From the human T2T-CHM13v2.0 reference genome, Homo sapiens: a stretch of DNA of 64,000 nt. The notes beneath the pieces were generated by a model. It searched no databases, was not told where the DNA came from, and saw only the letters and a program-made list of their open reading frames with translations. The translations under genes were made by a program, and so were the position numbers. The stretch lies in the NCBI RefSeq assembly GCF_009914755.1, contig NC_060926.1. One strand, 5' to 3'. Positions 1 to 21,300 of this stretch are shown here, in pieces. Position 1 is the stretch's first letter. Each line of letters starts with the position of its first letter.

Positions 1-360
<360 letters not shown>

Positions 361-364
361 CTAA

Positions 365-684
<320 letters not shown>

Positions 685-766
685 TTGCTACCTTTTATTC
701 AATAAATATTTGCTTCCAAAAGCCATCTTAAGTAATCCTAGGATCTGTTGTGAATTTATGTAGATA

Positions 767-846
767 TTAGGTTGGCGTAAAAGTAACTGAAGTTTTTGCC
801 ATTACTGTTAATGGCAAAAACCGCAATTACTTTTGCACCAACCTAA
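767..846. mobile_element. MADE1 (Hsmar1-derived 80-bp MITE)
   Basis: ttaggttgg...ccaacctaa, 80-bp near palindrome at a TA site. Confidence 0.95.
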
Positions 847-941
847 GTATAATCCCAGATAATATCCAAAAAGGAATAGAGAAACGATTTCTTGTCCCTG
901 ACTACTGTTACTGGACAATGATTATGACAATCTTTTGTCTT

Positions 942-1202
942 GGCCGGGCGCAGTGGCCCACACCTATAATCCTAGCACTTTGGGAGGCCGAGGTGGGCGG
1001 ATTACTTGAGACCAGCCTGGCCAATATAGTGAAACCCTGTCTCTACTAAAAATACAAAAATTAGCCTGGCGTGGTGGCGCGTGGCTGTAATCCCAGCTAC
1101 TCAAGAAACTGAGGCACAAGCTGAAACTGGGAGATGGAGGTTGCAGTAAGCTGAGATCATGCTACTGCACTCCAGCCTCAATGACAGAGTGAGACTGCCT
1201 CA
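942..1202 (+). mobile_element. Alu with internal deletions
   Basis: Alu consensus; TSD aa(t/c)cttttgtc at 929-939 and 1573-1583. Confidence 0.9.
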
Positions 1203-1572
<370 letters not shown>

Positions 1573-1738
1573 AACCTTTTGTCAGCTGTGTCAAATGGTT
1601 TTCATGCCCTGCAAAATGTTTTCAGTAAGCATTTCAGGTGAGTTTATGACCAGGTTCATTTATGAATACAAGAAATATCTATTGAGCATGCCAGACCCTG
1701 GCTCTAGCTGTAGGTATAGGTGATAAACAATGAATCCA

Positions 1739-2032
1739 GGCTGGGTGCGGTAGCTCACACCTATAATCCTAGCACTTTGGGAGGCCAAGGCGGGTGGATC
1801 ATGAGGTCAGGAGTTCAAGACCAGCCTGGCCAAGATGGTCTCTATTAAAAATACAAAAATTAGCTGGGCGTGGTGGTGGGTGACTGTAATCCCAGCTACT
1901 CGGGAGGCTGAGGCACAGAGTTGCTTGAACCAGGGAGGCGGAGGTTGCAATGAGCCTTGATCGCACCACTGCACTCCAGCCTGGGAGACAGAACGAGACT
2001 CCATCTCAAAAAAAAAAAAAAAAAAAAAAGAA
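1739..2032 (+). mobile_element. AluS
   Basis: Full Alu; TSD gataaacaatgaatcc. Confidence 0.95.
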
Positions 2033-2203
2033 GATAAACAATGAATCCCTGCTCCCACAGAGCTTCAGACAAGAAGATTCCCAGTCTGCATGACCCAGGG
2101 GACCAAGGGACTCAGTGGCCCCGGCCACCCCCTGCCCAGGCTTAACAATTTCGAAGGTCACTTTATCATGCCTGGGAAAACTGAAATAAGCTTGTCTTTT
2201 AAG

Positions 2204-2525
<322 letters not shown>

Positions 2526-2739
2526 CAGTGGCTTCATTAGTTTGCTGGCCTACGTTATATATAAAATATCTTTGTATAAGCAACAGATATATTTTATTGA
2601 CTTCCCATACCTCTTCTTAACCAGCTTCCAATTGAATCCAGACTCATTCTTCTAGTCCCAGCTCTCACAGCCTTTGTATCCTACAGCCTTCTGCTTTGTT
2701 TCTACTTTTAAAAATTGGTGATTGCCTTTCATATAATAG

Positions 2740-2848
2740 GGACCCATAGATGTTTTTGATGACGATGATGATGACTATGACAACAGCTAAGATACCACTG
2801 CTGCTGCTGCTGTTGTCGACCGCGATAATATTGGTGACAGCCTTGATT
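2740..2848 (+). pseudogene. Candidate acidic pseudo-exon
   Basis: aatag|GPIDVFDDDDDDYDNS*DTTAAAAVVDRDNIGDSLD|gtatgg; partly (GAT)n/(GCT)n low complexity. Confidence 0.35.
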
Positions 2849-3147
2849 GTATGGCTGCTTCCTGATTCTAGATCTACGTGGATCAACCCCACTAGCCAGG
2901 GTTGAGATTGCAGCTGAACTGACCTAATTTTCCAGCCAGTGCTTCCCAGTCCTAGTGTGGAGTCCTTCAGGGGGTTTGTTAAAATGCAGATTCCTTGGCA
3001 CCGCCCAAGAGCCAAGTCTCCAAGAGAGTCTGTATCTCTAGGGTGGGATGCCTGCAGGCTATGTACTTTTTACCTCCTCCTTCCTCCCCCTGAGTGATTC
3101 TGACGCTGTCGAGTTTGGGAGCTTAATTAACTATTTAGAACCTTTAA

Positions 3148-5010
<1,863 letters not shown>

Positions 5011-5356
5011 CTACACAATTTTTATATAATCAAATTTCTTTATCTTTTCCGTTATGACTTTTGTTATGACTTTTGTTTTGGTTGGCATTGTAAAGACAAA
5101 ATCATTGAATAAGATAACCTCTCTTGTGTTAATTAAGGAACAGGCAAACTTAGAAAGACCCCAAAATACAAGATGACAGTGGGCTTCTCTCATGGAACAG
5201 TCTAGACTAGGGAGGTGGTTCTGCTCCTCCGGGCTCCTAGGAACCCAGGCACCTTCTCTGTTAAGATTCTCTCACCTCTTGTCCTCAACCCCACCACAGC
5301 AGCTGGCTTCCTAGTACCAAATGTATGCTCCTACCCCTGGGAAAGCAGAGGGATAG

Positions 5357-6005
<649 letters not shown>

Positions 6006-6185
6006 TCAAAGAAAGTGACATGGATTTCTCCTTAAATTCATCGGAACTTAGTCACATGGCCCCACCTGGTTGCAAAGGACCCTGGGAAGTGCAGTCTTAA
6101 ACTGGGCCTGCTGTGCCCTGCTGAAAGGCGTACTGCGGCAGCCATGCCAGGGAAGCAGAGAATACTAGGGCACAATTGACCGTCA

Positions 6186-6761
<576 letters not shown>

Positions 6762-7307
6762 TTAGTTGCTGCTGCTCCTCCGAGGCTCACAGCCTCATCC
6801 TCAGGCAGCCCTGGCTCTTCCTCACCTCCCCAAAGTAGCTGAGGGATCCTTGATAATAGTCTCATGTTAATCTTTATTCATAGCTCATTCACAGTTGGTA
6901 ACTAGGATGTGTTTCTGTGACTATTTGGTTGAGGCTTGCCTGAGAGGGTTGTGGACTGTGGACTTCCAGGGCAGAGGCTGTGTCTCTTTTGCTCACTTCT
7001 AGGGATAGAACCCAGTCCTGGGTACAGAGTAGGTACTCAATAAATATTTCCTCCACAAATGAATGAATTGTGAGAGAGGAAGGCAGAGAGCCCTGAGAGA
7101 ATGAAAGAGGCTAACACAAAATTAGTTGATGTCTTAGGATGCCATGGGTACCCTGTCAGGGCTGAGAGCGGGGGGCTGAGAATTGGGGATGGGGTGGATA
7201 TAGCCTGGGCAGATCTGGTGGAAACCGATGTACTGAATACTACAGTCTGCAGCCATCCATAGACAGGGCAAAACCTCTTCAGGGCAGAGGGGTGTTGGTA
7301 AGAAATG

Positions 7308-8133
7308 CCCACTCTACTATATTCCACTCTACTCTGTTCCACTCTACTGTAGTCTATTCCATTCTACCCAACTCCACCCTACTTTACTCTACTGTACTCC
7401 ACTCTACTCTGTTCCACTCTGCTGTACTCTACTCCACTCTACCCTACTCTACTGTCCCCCACTCTACTATCCTGTCCTCTCCTCTCCTCTACTCTGCTCT
7501 ACTGCATTCTATTGTACTTTACTCTACTGTAATCTACTGTCTTCTACTCTACTGCACCCCCCCTCTACTATACTGTACTGTACTCTACTCGACTCTACTG
7601 TATTATATTATATTCTACTGTACTGTACAATACTCCACTCTGCTATACTTTACTCCACTCTGTTCTACTGTACTGTACTTTACTGTCCTCTACTCCACTC
7701 TACCCTACTCTACTCTACTCTACTCTGCTGTACTCCACTCCACTCTACTGTACTATACTCTACTGTATTCTACTCTAATCTACTGTACCCTACCACCTTC
7801 TACTGTTTTCTACTCTACTGTACTCCACCGTACTCTACTGTACTCCACTCAACCCTACTCTACTGTACTGTACTCTAGTCTACTTAACTCTACTGTACTC
7901 TACCCTACTCTAGTGTGCCCTACTCTACTGTACTGTACTCTAGTCTACTCAACTCTACTGTACTCTACCCTACTCTAGTGTGCTCTACTCTACTATACTT
8001 CACTCTACTCTACTGTACTTCACTCTATACTGTACTGTACTGTATCCTACTCTACCCTACTCTATTGTACTCGACTGTAGTCTACTCTACTGTGATCTAT
8101 TGTACTATACTTTACTGTATGCCACTCTACTCT
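7308..8133. repeat. Degenerate pentanucleotide (TACTC/TACTG)n array, ~825 bp
   Basis: 5-bp periodicity; internal 65-bp duplication at 7853-7982. Confidence 0.95.
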
Positions 8134-8228
8134 GTGTGGGTAGAGGCCTCTGTCCCTTTAGAAGATGCATGGATGCTTAATAAATAATTGTTGAATTAAT
8201 GAAATGTTACATGTTGGACTTTTCCTAG

Positions 8229-8380
8229 CCTTTCTATGAAATAAAATTACGGTTCCATGACTTCATTCATTTTTCTGGAACAAAGCTAAATCTTCTGTCA
8301 GATATTTATTTCGAGAATTTACTCTTACTTAATCTGAAAGTGACACTAACGTTTAACGAAAATATAAATTAGAAGTGGTG
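8229..8380 (+). pseudogene. Candidate pseudo-exon (frame uncertain)
   Basis: Acceptor tttcctag|, donor GTG|gtaaaa; one frame open for ~47 codons (PFYEIKLRFHDFIHFSGTKLNLLSDIYFENL...). Confidence 0.4.
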
Positions 8381-8530
8381 GTAAAACAAAAGTAATTAAG
8401 ATGCCATGATTTCCCTATTGTCATTACACTTTGACATTATTATTGAGTGTTGTCAGGTGTCCTAGTCAATAAAATATAGCATATTGACTATCAAAATTAA
8501 ACTGCTGAGGCACTGTTTCATTTTGGACAG

Positions 8531-8686
8531 ATACGAGCTATATTATTTCTAATGTGTCCATTTATATCTATTGCTGACCAATGAAGAGTTTTTGCATTTA
8601 ATCAACTCCAGACATTCAAGCACTTTATAATAGACCATCTTCCTGTTTGCTGTTTAGATTTTCTCCTGTTAAATAATTTCGAGAAG
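8531..8686 (+). pseudogene. Candidate pseudo-exon
   Basis: ttttggacag|IRAILFLMCPFISIADQ*RVFAFNQLQTFKHFIIDHLPVCCLDFLLLNNFEK|gtgaaa; one TGA stop. Confidence 0.45.
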
Positions 8687-9305
8687 GTGAAAAAAAAAAA
8701 ATGAAACAAAACAGAATGGATGAGCTAGCAGTTCTTCCTTCCAATCCTCAGTCTATTCCTTTGCATAACCAATGCACTGTTGACTTTTGCAAAAATTAAT
8801 AGGAGAGCAAGGTTTGGTTCTAACTTTCCCATATTAATGCACCTATTAGATTTTTTTTTAATTTTTGAGACAGGGTCTCACTCTGTCGCCCAGGCTGGAG
8901 TACAGTGGCACAATCTTGGCTCACTGAAACCTCCACCTCCCAGGTTCAAGTGATTCTCCTGCTTCAGACTCCCAAGTAGCTGCGATTACAGGCATGTGCC
9001 ACCACACCTGGATAATTTTTGTATTTTAGTAAAGACAGTGTTTCATCATGTTGGCCAGTCTGGTCTCGAACTCCTGGCCTCAAGTGATCCACCTGTCTCG
9101 GCCTCCCAAAGTGCTGAGATTACAGGTGTGAGCCACCGTGCCTAGCCTACCTGCTAAATTTTATTGCTTGAAATTAGTTCACTTTTATTGTTGACACTCT
9201 TTACGAAGAGTACTTGGAGGAAAGTCTTTTGAAAAGAAGACTTGTAATATTTGTTATACCTGATGACGCTTTTGTACTATTTGTTCAGTAGTAAGTCTCT
9301 GGCAG

Positions 9306-9650
9306 AGTATTTGAATGGCAGCCACTTCAAAATAGGCAAATTGTTCCCCCTACTGAGCATGTGAAAATGCATTCAGTATCTCTGTATTTTCAAATCTTGT
9401 CTGGCAAAAACATTAGATCTGAAAAGAGGAGTAATTTCAAGATTAAAGAAAGCATTGGGCAAAGACTAGGAGGACCAAGGCTAGTAGTGCCAGCCTCAGA
9501 TGATTTGCACATGAAAGCCGCCTTTCCGTCTGCAGCTTTATGCATTTCCAAAAGACACTCAAATCAGGGGCTCAGCTTGATCTTCTGCCTCCCGCTCAGC
9601 TCTTCAGAAAGAGACAAGGAGCTGTGGCATTAGCCCAACACCTTTGTCAG
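9306..9650 (+). pseudogene. Pseudo-exon, 345 nt
   Basis: In frame VFEWQPLQNRQIVPPTEHVKMHSV...ERDKELWH*PNTFV with a single stop; donor CAG|gtgcgt; phase 2 matches the next exon. Confidence 0.6.
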
Positions 9651-10122
9651 GTGCGTTTTCTCTATTGTTCGCCAAATGGCGAGGGATTAAGATGAGGGGG
9701 TCAGGGTGGCAATTTTTTTATGATTCTTCCTAAGCCAGAAGAGACACTTTTCTTAGAGAGTCGTGGAAAGGAATGCAGACTGCTGAGTGCTTTGGGAAAC
9801 TTGTTTCAAAACACCTGGAGTGTGTGTGTCTAATCCATACTGTAAAACAGCTGACTTCTGCTTCCTGAAAGCCAACTCCCCTGTCCACCTCAGCCCCTTC
9901 TCTTCCACAAGGTTATTCCTCTGCCCCCTACAGCCTTGCTCTTTTAATCTTAGAAATAAAAGGAGTTCCACCACCCACAGCTATGAGGGGGATGCAGTCA
10001 CCTTTATTTACATGAATGAGAGAGCTCTGTCACTTCCTACCCCCACCACTGAGGTGCCCATCAAGCGGGGGAGTTAGATTTTGGAAATGCCTAGCCTGTC
10101 AAACTGACAAGTTCTGCAATAG

Positions 10123-10397
<275 letters not shown>

Positions 10398-10522
10398 TGA
10401 CCTCCCAAAGTGCTGGGATTACAGGCATGAGCCACCGCGCCTGGCCTGAGATAGAGACAGTTTATGTGAATATGGGCCTCAGGCTTCTGGGGAGTTCATT
10501 GCCTATGGTCTCTTTGGCACAG

Positions 10523-10692
10523 TTATTCTTCAGCACCTTTGGGAAAGGTTCTGTAGAAATACAAGGAATTGAAGCTTGCTTCTCCAGTTGTACCTGGCCG
10601 CCATTTATTGATCAATTTAGTCTCTCAGAAGTCCTGCAAGCTACAGAGGTGACTGTATTACACAACACAATGCATAATTTTACATTTTAAAA
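10523..10692 (+). pseudogene. Pseudo-exon
   Basis: tttggcacag|(S)YSSAPLGKVL*KYKELKLASPVVPGRHLLINLVSQKSCKLQR*LYYTTQCIILHFK|gtgagt; phase 2 in, phase 1 out. Confidence 0.6.
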
Positions 10693-11324
10693 GTGAGTAG
10701 GGGCCGGGCGCAGTGGCTCATGCCTGTAATCCCAGCACTTTGGGAGGCCGAAGCGGGTGGATCACGAGGTCAGGAGTTCAAGACCAGCCTAGCCAAGATG
10801 GTGAAACCCCATCTCTACTAAAAATACAAAAATTAGCCGGGCACGGTGGCGGGCGCCTGTAATCCCAGCTATTTAGGAGGCTGAGGTAGAAGAATCATTT
10901 AAACCCGGGGGGTGGAGGTTGCAGTGAACCGAGATTGTGACATTGCACTCCAGCCTGGGCGACAGAGTGAGATTCTGTCTAAAATAAATAAATAAATAAT
11001 AAATAAATAAATAAATAAATAATAAATAAATAAATAAAAATAAAAAATTAATACATAAAAGTGAGTAGGATCTTGGGAAATTTTTCCTCAATTTGGGGTT
11101 GTTGGGGGAGGCACTCAAATTCCTTGTGCATCTGGCTTCTCTGTTAACCCTAAGAAATGGTAGCTGCCAATAGGCTGCTCAGAGATTAAAACTTTTTAAA
11201 ATCTCCACATATAGCATTGAATGCCCAGAGATTTAAGGCTGAATAAAGGGGTTTTTGAACATCTCAAAAACAAAACTTTTCTGTAAGTAGTATGTAAAGG
11301 CTTAGAATCAGTCATGCCTCACAG

Positions 11325-11532
11325 AGGAAGAAAAGGAACCAAGATGACATTGGATGGTCATCTGTGCTCTGTCTACGATGTGCAGAGACATTGGTGCTTA
11401 GGGCCTCATTTTAGAGGCGTTGGAAAACTGTGTCCCAAGAGATGTCCGGTGCACAGACAAATCCTGGGTGATGACCTGTTTGCCCATAGGGAGCCTTTTT
11501 TCCATGATTGTCATGCTAACTGCCACACCGGG
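11325..11532 (+). pseudogene. Pseudo-exon (probably with frameshifts)
   Basis: cacag|(K)EEKEPR*HWMVICALSTMCRDIGA*...; donor GG|gtaaag; phase 1 entry matches the previous exon. Confidence 0.5.
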
Positions 11533-11675
11533 GTAAAGTCTTGCAGCTCTAGGGCTATGACACGGTTGGCTACTGCCATGTTTCCTGGTCTAACACTGCA
11601 CCTAACACATAATTGGCCAGTGGGGATTGCTTGCTGTGAAATGCTTGCTGCTGTATCCTATTGTTAATCAATCAG

Positions 11676-11742
11676 AGGGTCTGATGATGGTGTACCTCTT
11701 CAGATGTTCCTTTAGCTTCCTAAAAATCTGTTTCTGTAAAAG
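11676..11742 (+). pseudogene. Pseudo-exon
   Basis: atcag| acceptor and strong donor AAG|gtaagg; open frame GLMMVYLFRCSFSFLKICFCKR. Confidence 0.5.
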
Positions 11743-11849
11743 GTAAGGAGTATTTGTTTTTAATCTCAAGCTTATCCTTGAAGGAGCCTATAATTGATGA
11801 TGGCACTGAAGGTTGAAGTTTGCTTTTATTCAACTGTTTTCACCTACAA

Positions 11850-11930
11850 AATATACATTATGGCTTATTTGATGATGCACCCTTCTTTGGCAGACTGTGG
11901 GCTTTCTGCGGGAAATAGACAAGTTCAGAT
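11850..11930 (+). pseudogene. Candidate pseudo-exon, acceptor decayed
   Basis: YTLWLI**CTLLWQTVGFLREIDKFR|gtgaga; both stops are TGA. Confidence 0.4.
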
Positions 11931-13252
11931 GTGAGAAAACTGCATATTCTTGACCTGTTCTCCACTCTTGATCCTCCCGTGTGAATCCTACATCACTTTA
12001 CTCTAAAGATTTTAAGTAAAGATTACTGAAAATATTTTAAGTATGTAAAATATGTAATCTTACTGTAAAGATTACTGTGAAGATTTTAAGTATGTGCGCA
12101 GTGGCTCACACCTGTAATCCCAGCACTTTGGGAGGCCAAGGTGGGCAGATCACCAAGTCGAGACCAGACTGGCCAACGTAGTGAAACCCCGTCTGTACTA
12201 AAAATACAAAAATTAGCCAGGCATTGTGGTGCACGCCTGTAGTCCCAGCTACTCAGGAGGCTGAGGCAGGAGAAATCTCTTGAACCTGGGAGGCGGAGGT
12301 TGTGGTGAGCTGAGATCACGCCACTGCACTCCATCCTGGGCAACAGAGCGAGACTCTGTCTCAAAAAAAAAAAAAGAAAAAAGATTTTATATAAAAGGGG
12401 GAATATTGAAGCTGTTTTCCTGCTGAAGTCATTCCAGGTTTAAATTTAAAATAATTTCCTTTCTTTTCTTTTTCAGATACAGGGTCTCACTGTGTTGCCT
12501 AGGCTGGAGAGCCATGGCACGATCATAGCTCACTGTAGCCTCGAATGTCTAGGCTCAAGTAATCATCCCTCCTCATCCTCCCAAGTAGCTAAGGCTACAA
12601 ATGAGTATCACCACACCCAGCTAATTTTTAATTTTTTTGTAGAGATGGAGTCTCACTTTGTTGCCAAGGTTGGTCTCAAAATCCTGGCCTCAAGCGATCC
12701 TCCTTCCTTGGCTTCCCAGAGTGCCGAGATTACAGGTGTGAGCTACCATGCCTGGCCCTAAATTTAAGATAATTTCCTAAATAAGCACTTTCAACAAAAT
12801 GAATAAGCAGTATTCTGTTAACTCAGTACTTTGTAACATTCCGGTGCATAAATAAGATTAATCCCAGATAGGCCAGGTGCGATGGCTTACACCTGTAATC
12901 CTAGCATTTTGGGAGGCCAAAGTGGGCAGATCACCTGAGGTCAGGAGTTCGAGAACAGCCTGGCCAACATGGTGAAACCATGTCTCTACTAAAAACACAA
13001 AAATTAGCCGACTATGGTGGCATGTGCCTGTAATCCCAGCTACTCAGGAGGCTGAGGCAGGAGAATCACTTGAACCCAGGAGTCAGAGGTTGCAGTGAGT
13101 GGAGATCATGCCATTGCACACTCTAGCCTGGGCTACAGAGTGAGACTCCATCTGGGAAAAAAAAAAAAAAGATAAATCCCAGATAATAATTTTAAAATGC
13201 ATAGGAAGAAACTGTATAAGTCTAAGTACTGCAGGGCTTTGCCCTAGTTTAG

Positions 13253-13626
13253 GTTTGGAGTTCCTAGAATCCTATGAGCTGGATGCAGTTGGATTGAAGA
13301 ATGAAGTCTACTTATGAATTGAATTGGAGAAACCACTACTTGAATCCCCTCTGTGGAAAAGGGAAAATACCATTGCTAGAAAGAATAGCATCTAGAAACT
13401 AGGAACATGCAATCCAATGAATCCCTCTTACCAAGAAGATCAATTGAGAGCATATCTCAACTGATCCAGGGTCTCCAGACTGCAGAGAAATTCAGGGAGG
13501 AGTTATCACAGATAATAACCAATTCACTATTTATGCCAAGCCCAAGCAATAGCTCTAGCTTGGCCCTGCTGCTGAGCACTGGGCATTTCTAACTCTGCAG
13601 CACCCAAGGAAGAAGTAGTGGGGAAA
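13253..13626 (+). pseudogene. Pseudo-exon with RGS-like motif spacing
   Basis: LEFLESYELDAVGLKNEVYL*IELEK...LRAYLN*SRVSRL...YLCQAQAIALAW...EEVVGK|gtgagc in one frame; phase 0 matches the next exon. Could be more than one ancestral exon. Confidence 0.6.
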
Positions 13627-13652
13627 GTGAGCTGGCTTTCTCTGTAAAAAGA

Positions 13653-14007
13653 TGACATGATTTGGCTGTGTCCCCACCCAAATCTCACCTTGAATTGTAA
13701 TAATCCCCATGTGTCAAGGGTGGGGCCAGATGGAGATAATTGAATCATGGGGACAGTTTCCCCTACGCCATTCTCCTGCTAATGAATAAGTCTCACGATA
13801 TCTGATGGTTTTGTAAACTGGAGTTCTCCTGCACAAGCTCTCTTGCCTGCTGCTATGTAAGACGTGCTTTGCATCTGCTTTGCCTTCCACCATGATTGTG
13901 AGGCCTCCCCAGCCACGTGGAACTGTGAGTCCATTAAACCTCTTTCCTTTGTAAATTACCCAGTCTCAGGTATGCCTTTATTAGCAATGTGAGAACAGAC
14001 TAATATA
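13653..14007 (+). mobile_element. THE1-family MaLR solo LTR
   Basis: tgacatgatttggctgtgtccccacccaaatctc ... gagaacagactaatata. Confidence 0.9.
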
Positions 14008-14027
14008 GGAGAAGAGCATTTCTTTAG

Positions 14028-14200
14028 AGGCATCTTAAAAAACAATTGACTTTATGAAGCACCATCTCTATATCCCAAAAAGAGATTAATGGCATTTGAC
14101 TAGCTAAGATGTGATGATATCCAAGAGGCTGCCTCAGCAGGAAAATGCTAAAGAAAATTCAAAATAATGCAGAAAGAGTTGTAGGTGCCATCATCCTTAG
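14028..14200 (+). pseudogene. Pseudo-exon
   Basis: tttctttag|RHLKKQLTL*STISISQKEINGI*LAKM**YPRGCLSRKMLKKIQNNAERVVGAIIL|gtagaa; all four stops are TGA. Confidence 0.65.
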
Positions 14201-14271
14201 GTAGAAATATTCATCTCTTACATATGCTGATGAGAAGTCTCTTATAAGGGTCACAGGAATATTTTCTGCAG

Positions 14272-14303
14272 TAGGCTCTAGGAATTATGCAGCCAATATT
14301 TGA
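14272..14303 (+). pseudogene. Short pseudo-exon
   Basis: attttctgcag|(S)RL*ELCSQYL|gtatgg; follows a 71-nt intron; phase 2 in, phase 1 out. Confidence 0.5.
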
Positions 14304-14547
14304 GTATGGTGTTTTCATGGGTTGTGTTAGTAGACAGGGAGGAGACTCAAACTTGATGAAAGGCTTGTCTTTTATTACAAGGTTACAGATAATAATGACA
14401 AAAAGTAAACCAAACTAGCAGGGTTACAGGCAAAATTCAGAACATGAAAAAATATAACTGGTACTTTTGTGCTGATCTCATCTCAGGAGTGGGGGATGTC
14501 AAATACTAAAACATATTTTACTTACTTCTTTTTTTTCCACCCATGAG

Positions 14548-17950
<3,403 letters not shown>

Positions 17951-18024
17951 CTCCTCTTGTTTTGTTGATCACTTTTTTTTCTGTGCACATGCAAACTTAC
18001 AGATTAAAAAGTTTAATATAATTA

Positions 18025-19400
<1,376 letters not shown>

Positions 19401-19495
19401 TGCCTTCTAGCGTCCATTTACTGTTCCAAAGTATTACTTCTAATCATTTAGCCATTATAGCTTTGTTGTTTTGGATGCTAAAATCTCGTTTTCAG

Positions 19496-19532
19496 GAGTC
19501 ATCTGACTCAATGGAAATGTCTTTTGGAATGG
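19496..19532 (+). pseudogene. Short pseudo-exon
   Basis: ctcgttttcag|ESSDSMEMSFGM|gtatac; phase 1 matches the next exon. Confidence 0.5.
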
Positions 19533-20367
19533 GTATACTTTATTGTTAACACATCAGTTATCAGAGAATCCCTTGCTAGGGATCAGCTGGCTGACAGTCT
19601 GTGAGACTCTCTCCAGCCAAGCTTGCCAGTCAATGATGCAGCTTCCTCCTCACCTGTCCTTCAAAGGCCAACAATAGGTAGTGGAAACAATTCTTTTCAG
19701 GTGGCCAAGGAGTAAGGAGGCTCGGAAAACACATACCTCTCCCCATAAGAGAGGTAACAAAGGATGAGCTCTCATGTTTGCCTGCAAACATTAATGCACA
19801 TGGATAAAAAGCTAGGCTTTCACAAAGCTCAAGGCCCTCCATCTGTCATCAGCTGGGCCAGGAGATGGGGATCCCACCTGGACCATCCCTCTTCCTCATG
19901 ACGCTTCACCAGCCCGGCCTCTGAGAACCATAAATAAAGACCACTGCGAATGGCTTCTCTGTCTGACCCTTTAACCTGAAATAAAAATAAAGCTTGGAGA
20001 ATGTAATCCTGACTCAAGGCTCCTTCTGGGCTTCTCCTTCCCTTACCTGTTGACAGGTGCCTGCCAGACCTCGCAGTTACCTTTGATTTAGCTGTAATGG
20101 CATCTCCACACTTAGCAGAGGTCTGCCCTGTAATCCTCTCTGAAGCTTAAGTCAATTTATATGGTAACCTGAGAGCCATTTCCTGCTTCCAGATGATGTC
20201 ACTGTCTGTTAACACATACTGGAATGACCACTAAACTCACGCTTAGGGCGACAGAACAGTAGATCACTCTCAAAGCCAGAGCTGGGTTAAAACAAATATC
20301 ATATGCGTTTTCAAAAGGAAAAGGAAGCTTGATTCCCATACACTTTTTTTTTTGGTAAATCTCTAAG

Positions 20368-20474
20368 ATACTTCAGTACTTGTTTTCAGAGAACCAAGAG
20401 TGGATTTTCTGAATGAAAATCTGCACATGAAAAGTCTAAGTATATTTATAGAGATAAGGGTGGCAAATTTGAAA
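20368..20474 (+). pseudogene. Pseudo-exon
   Basis: ctctaag|(D)TSVLVFREPRVDFLNENLHMKSLSIFIEIRVANLK|gtgggt; fully open. Confidence 0.55.
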
Positions 20475-20858
20475 GTGGGTCAGAAATCGTGGATATAATC
20501 ATCCAAATTTCCAATTGAATTTTAAATCATGTATTTTTCTCAATTCAGTGCCTTCTCCCCTGAAATGCATTTGCGTTAATAAAAGTTACTCTCCCACCCT
20601 GCAGTTCATTAGTTTCAGCACAGTTCTGGGTAAAAAAGAATTCTAAGTGTCTTTGTTCCCAATTTACTTGGGGTTCTGAAGTGTTAAACAGTATCTCCTA
20701 AACACTGCAAAATTATGACCATTTTGTCATAGGATAGATGCGTGTGTGTGTATGTTCATTTTGCTTTGTTTTAAATGTGGGAAAATAATTAAAGAATCTT
20801 TGGCTTTAACTTTTCTGATGTACCTAATTCCATAGGGTCAATGTTTCTTCTTCCCTAC

Positions 20859-21300
20859 TGTGTTGGTTTCCTATTTCTGTTGTAATAAGTTACCACAAAT
20901 TTGGTAGCTTAAGCAACACAAATTTACTCTTTACAGTGCTGGAGGCCAACAGTCTAAAATCAGGGTGTCAGTAGTGCCACATTCCTTCCAGAAGTTTCAG
21001 GGGAGAATCAATTTCCTTGCCTCCATTTCTAGGTTTGTGGCCCCTCCCTCCATCTTCAAAGTGTACCACACCAACCTCTTCTGTCTTCAGCTTTTCCTGA
21101 CTGACCCTCCTCCTTCACTCTTAGAATGACCCTTGTGATTACACTGGACCCACCCGGATAATCCAGGATAATCTCCCATTGCAAGATCCTTAACTTTATC
21201 CCATCTGCAAAATCCCCTTTACCATGGAGAGGTAGCATATTCGTAGCTTCTGGAATTAGGAGGAAGGCATCTTTGAGGGGTCAGGGTTCAAACTACCACA
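20859..21300 (-). mobile_element. MLT1 MaLR LTR
   Basis: ttaccacaaatttggtagcttaagcaacac ... ataatccaggataatctccc ... ctaccaca. Confidence 0.85.

Noticed and set aside
7292-8187. 228-aa and overlapping Tyr/Ser/Thr/Leu-rich ORFs
   Set aside because: Translation of the (TACTC)n array, which is nearly stop-free on this strand; no ATG context or splice signals.
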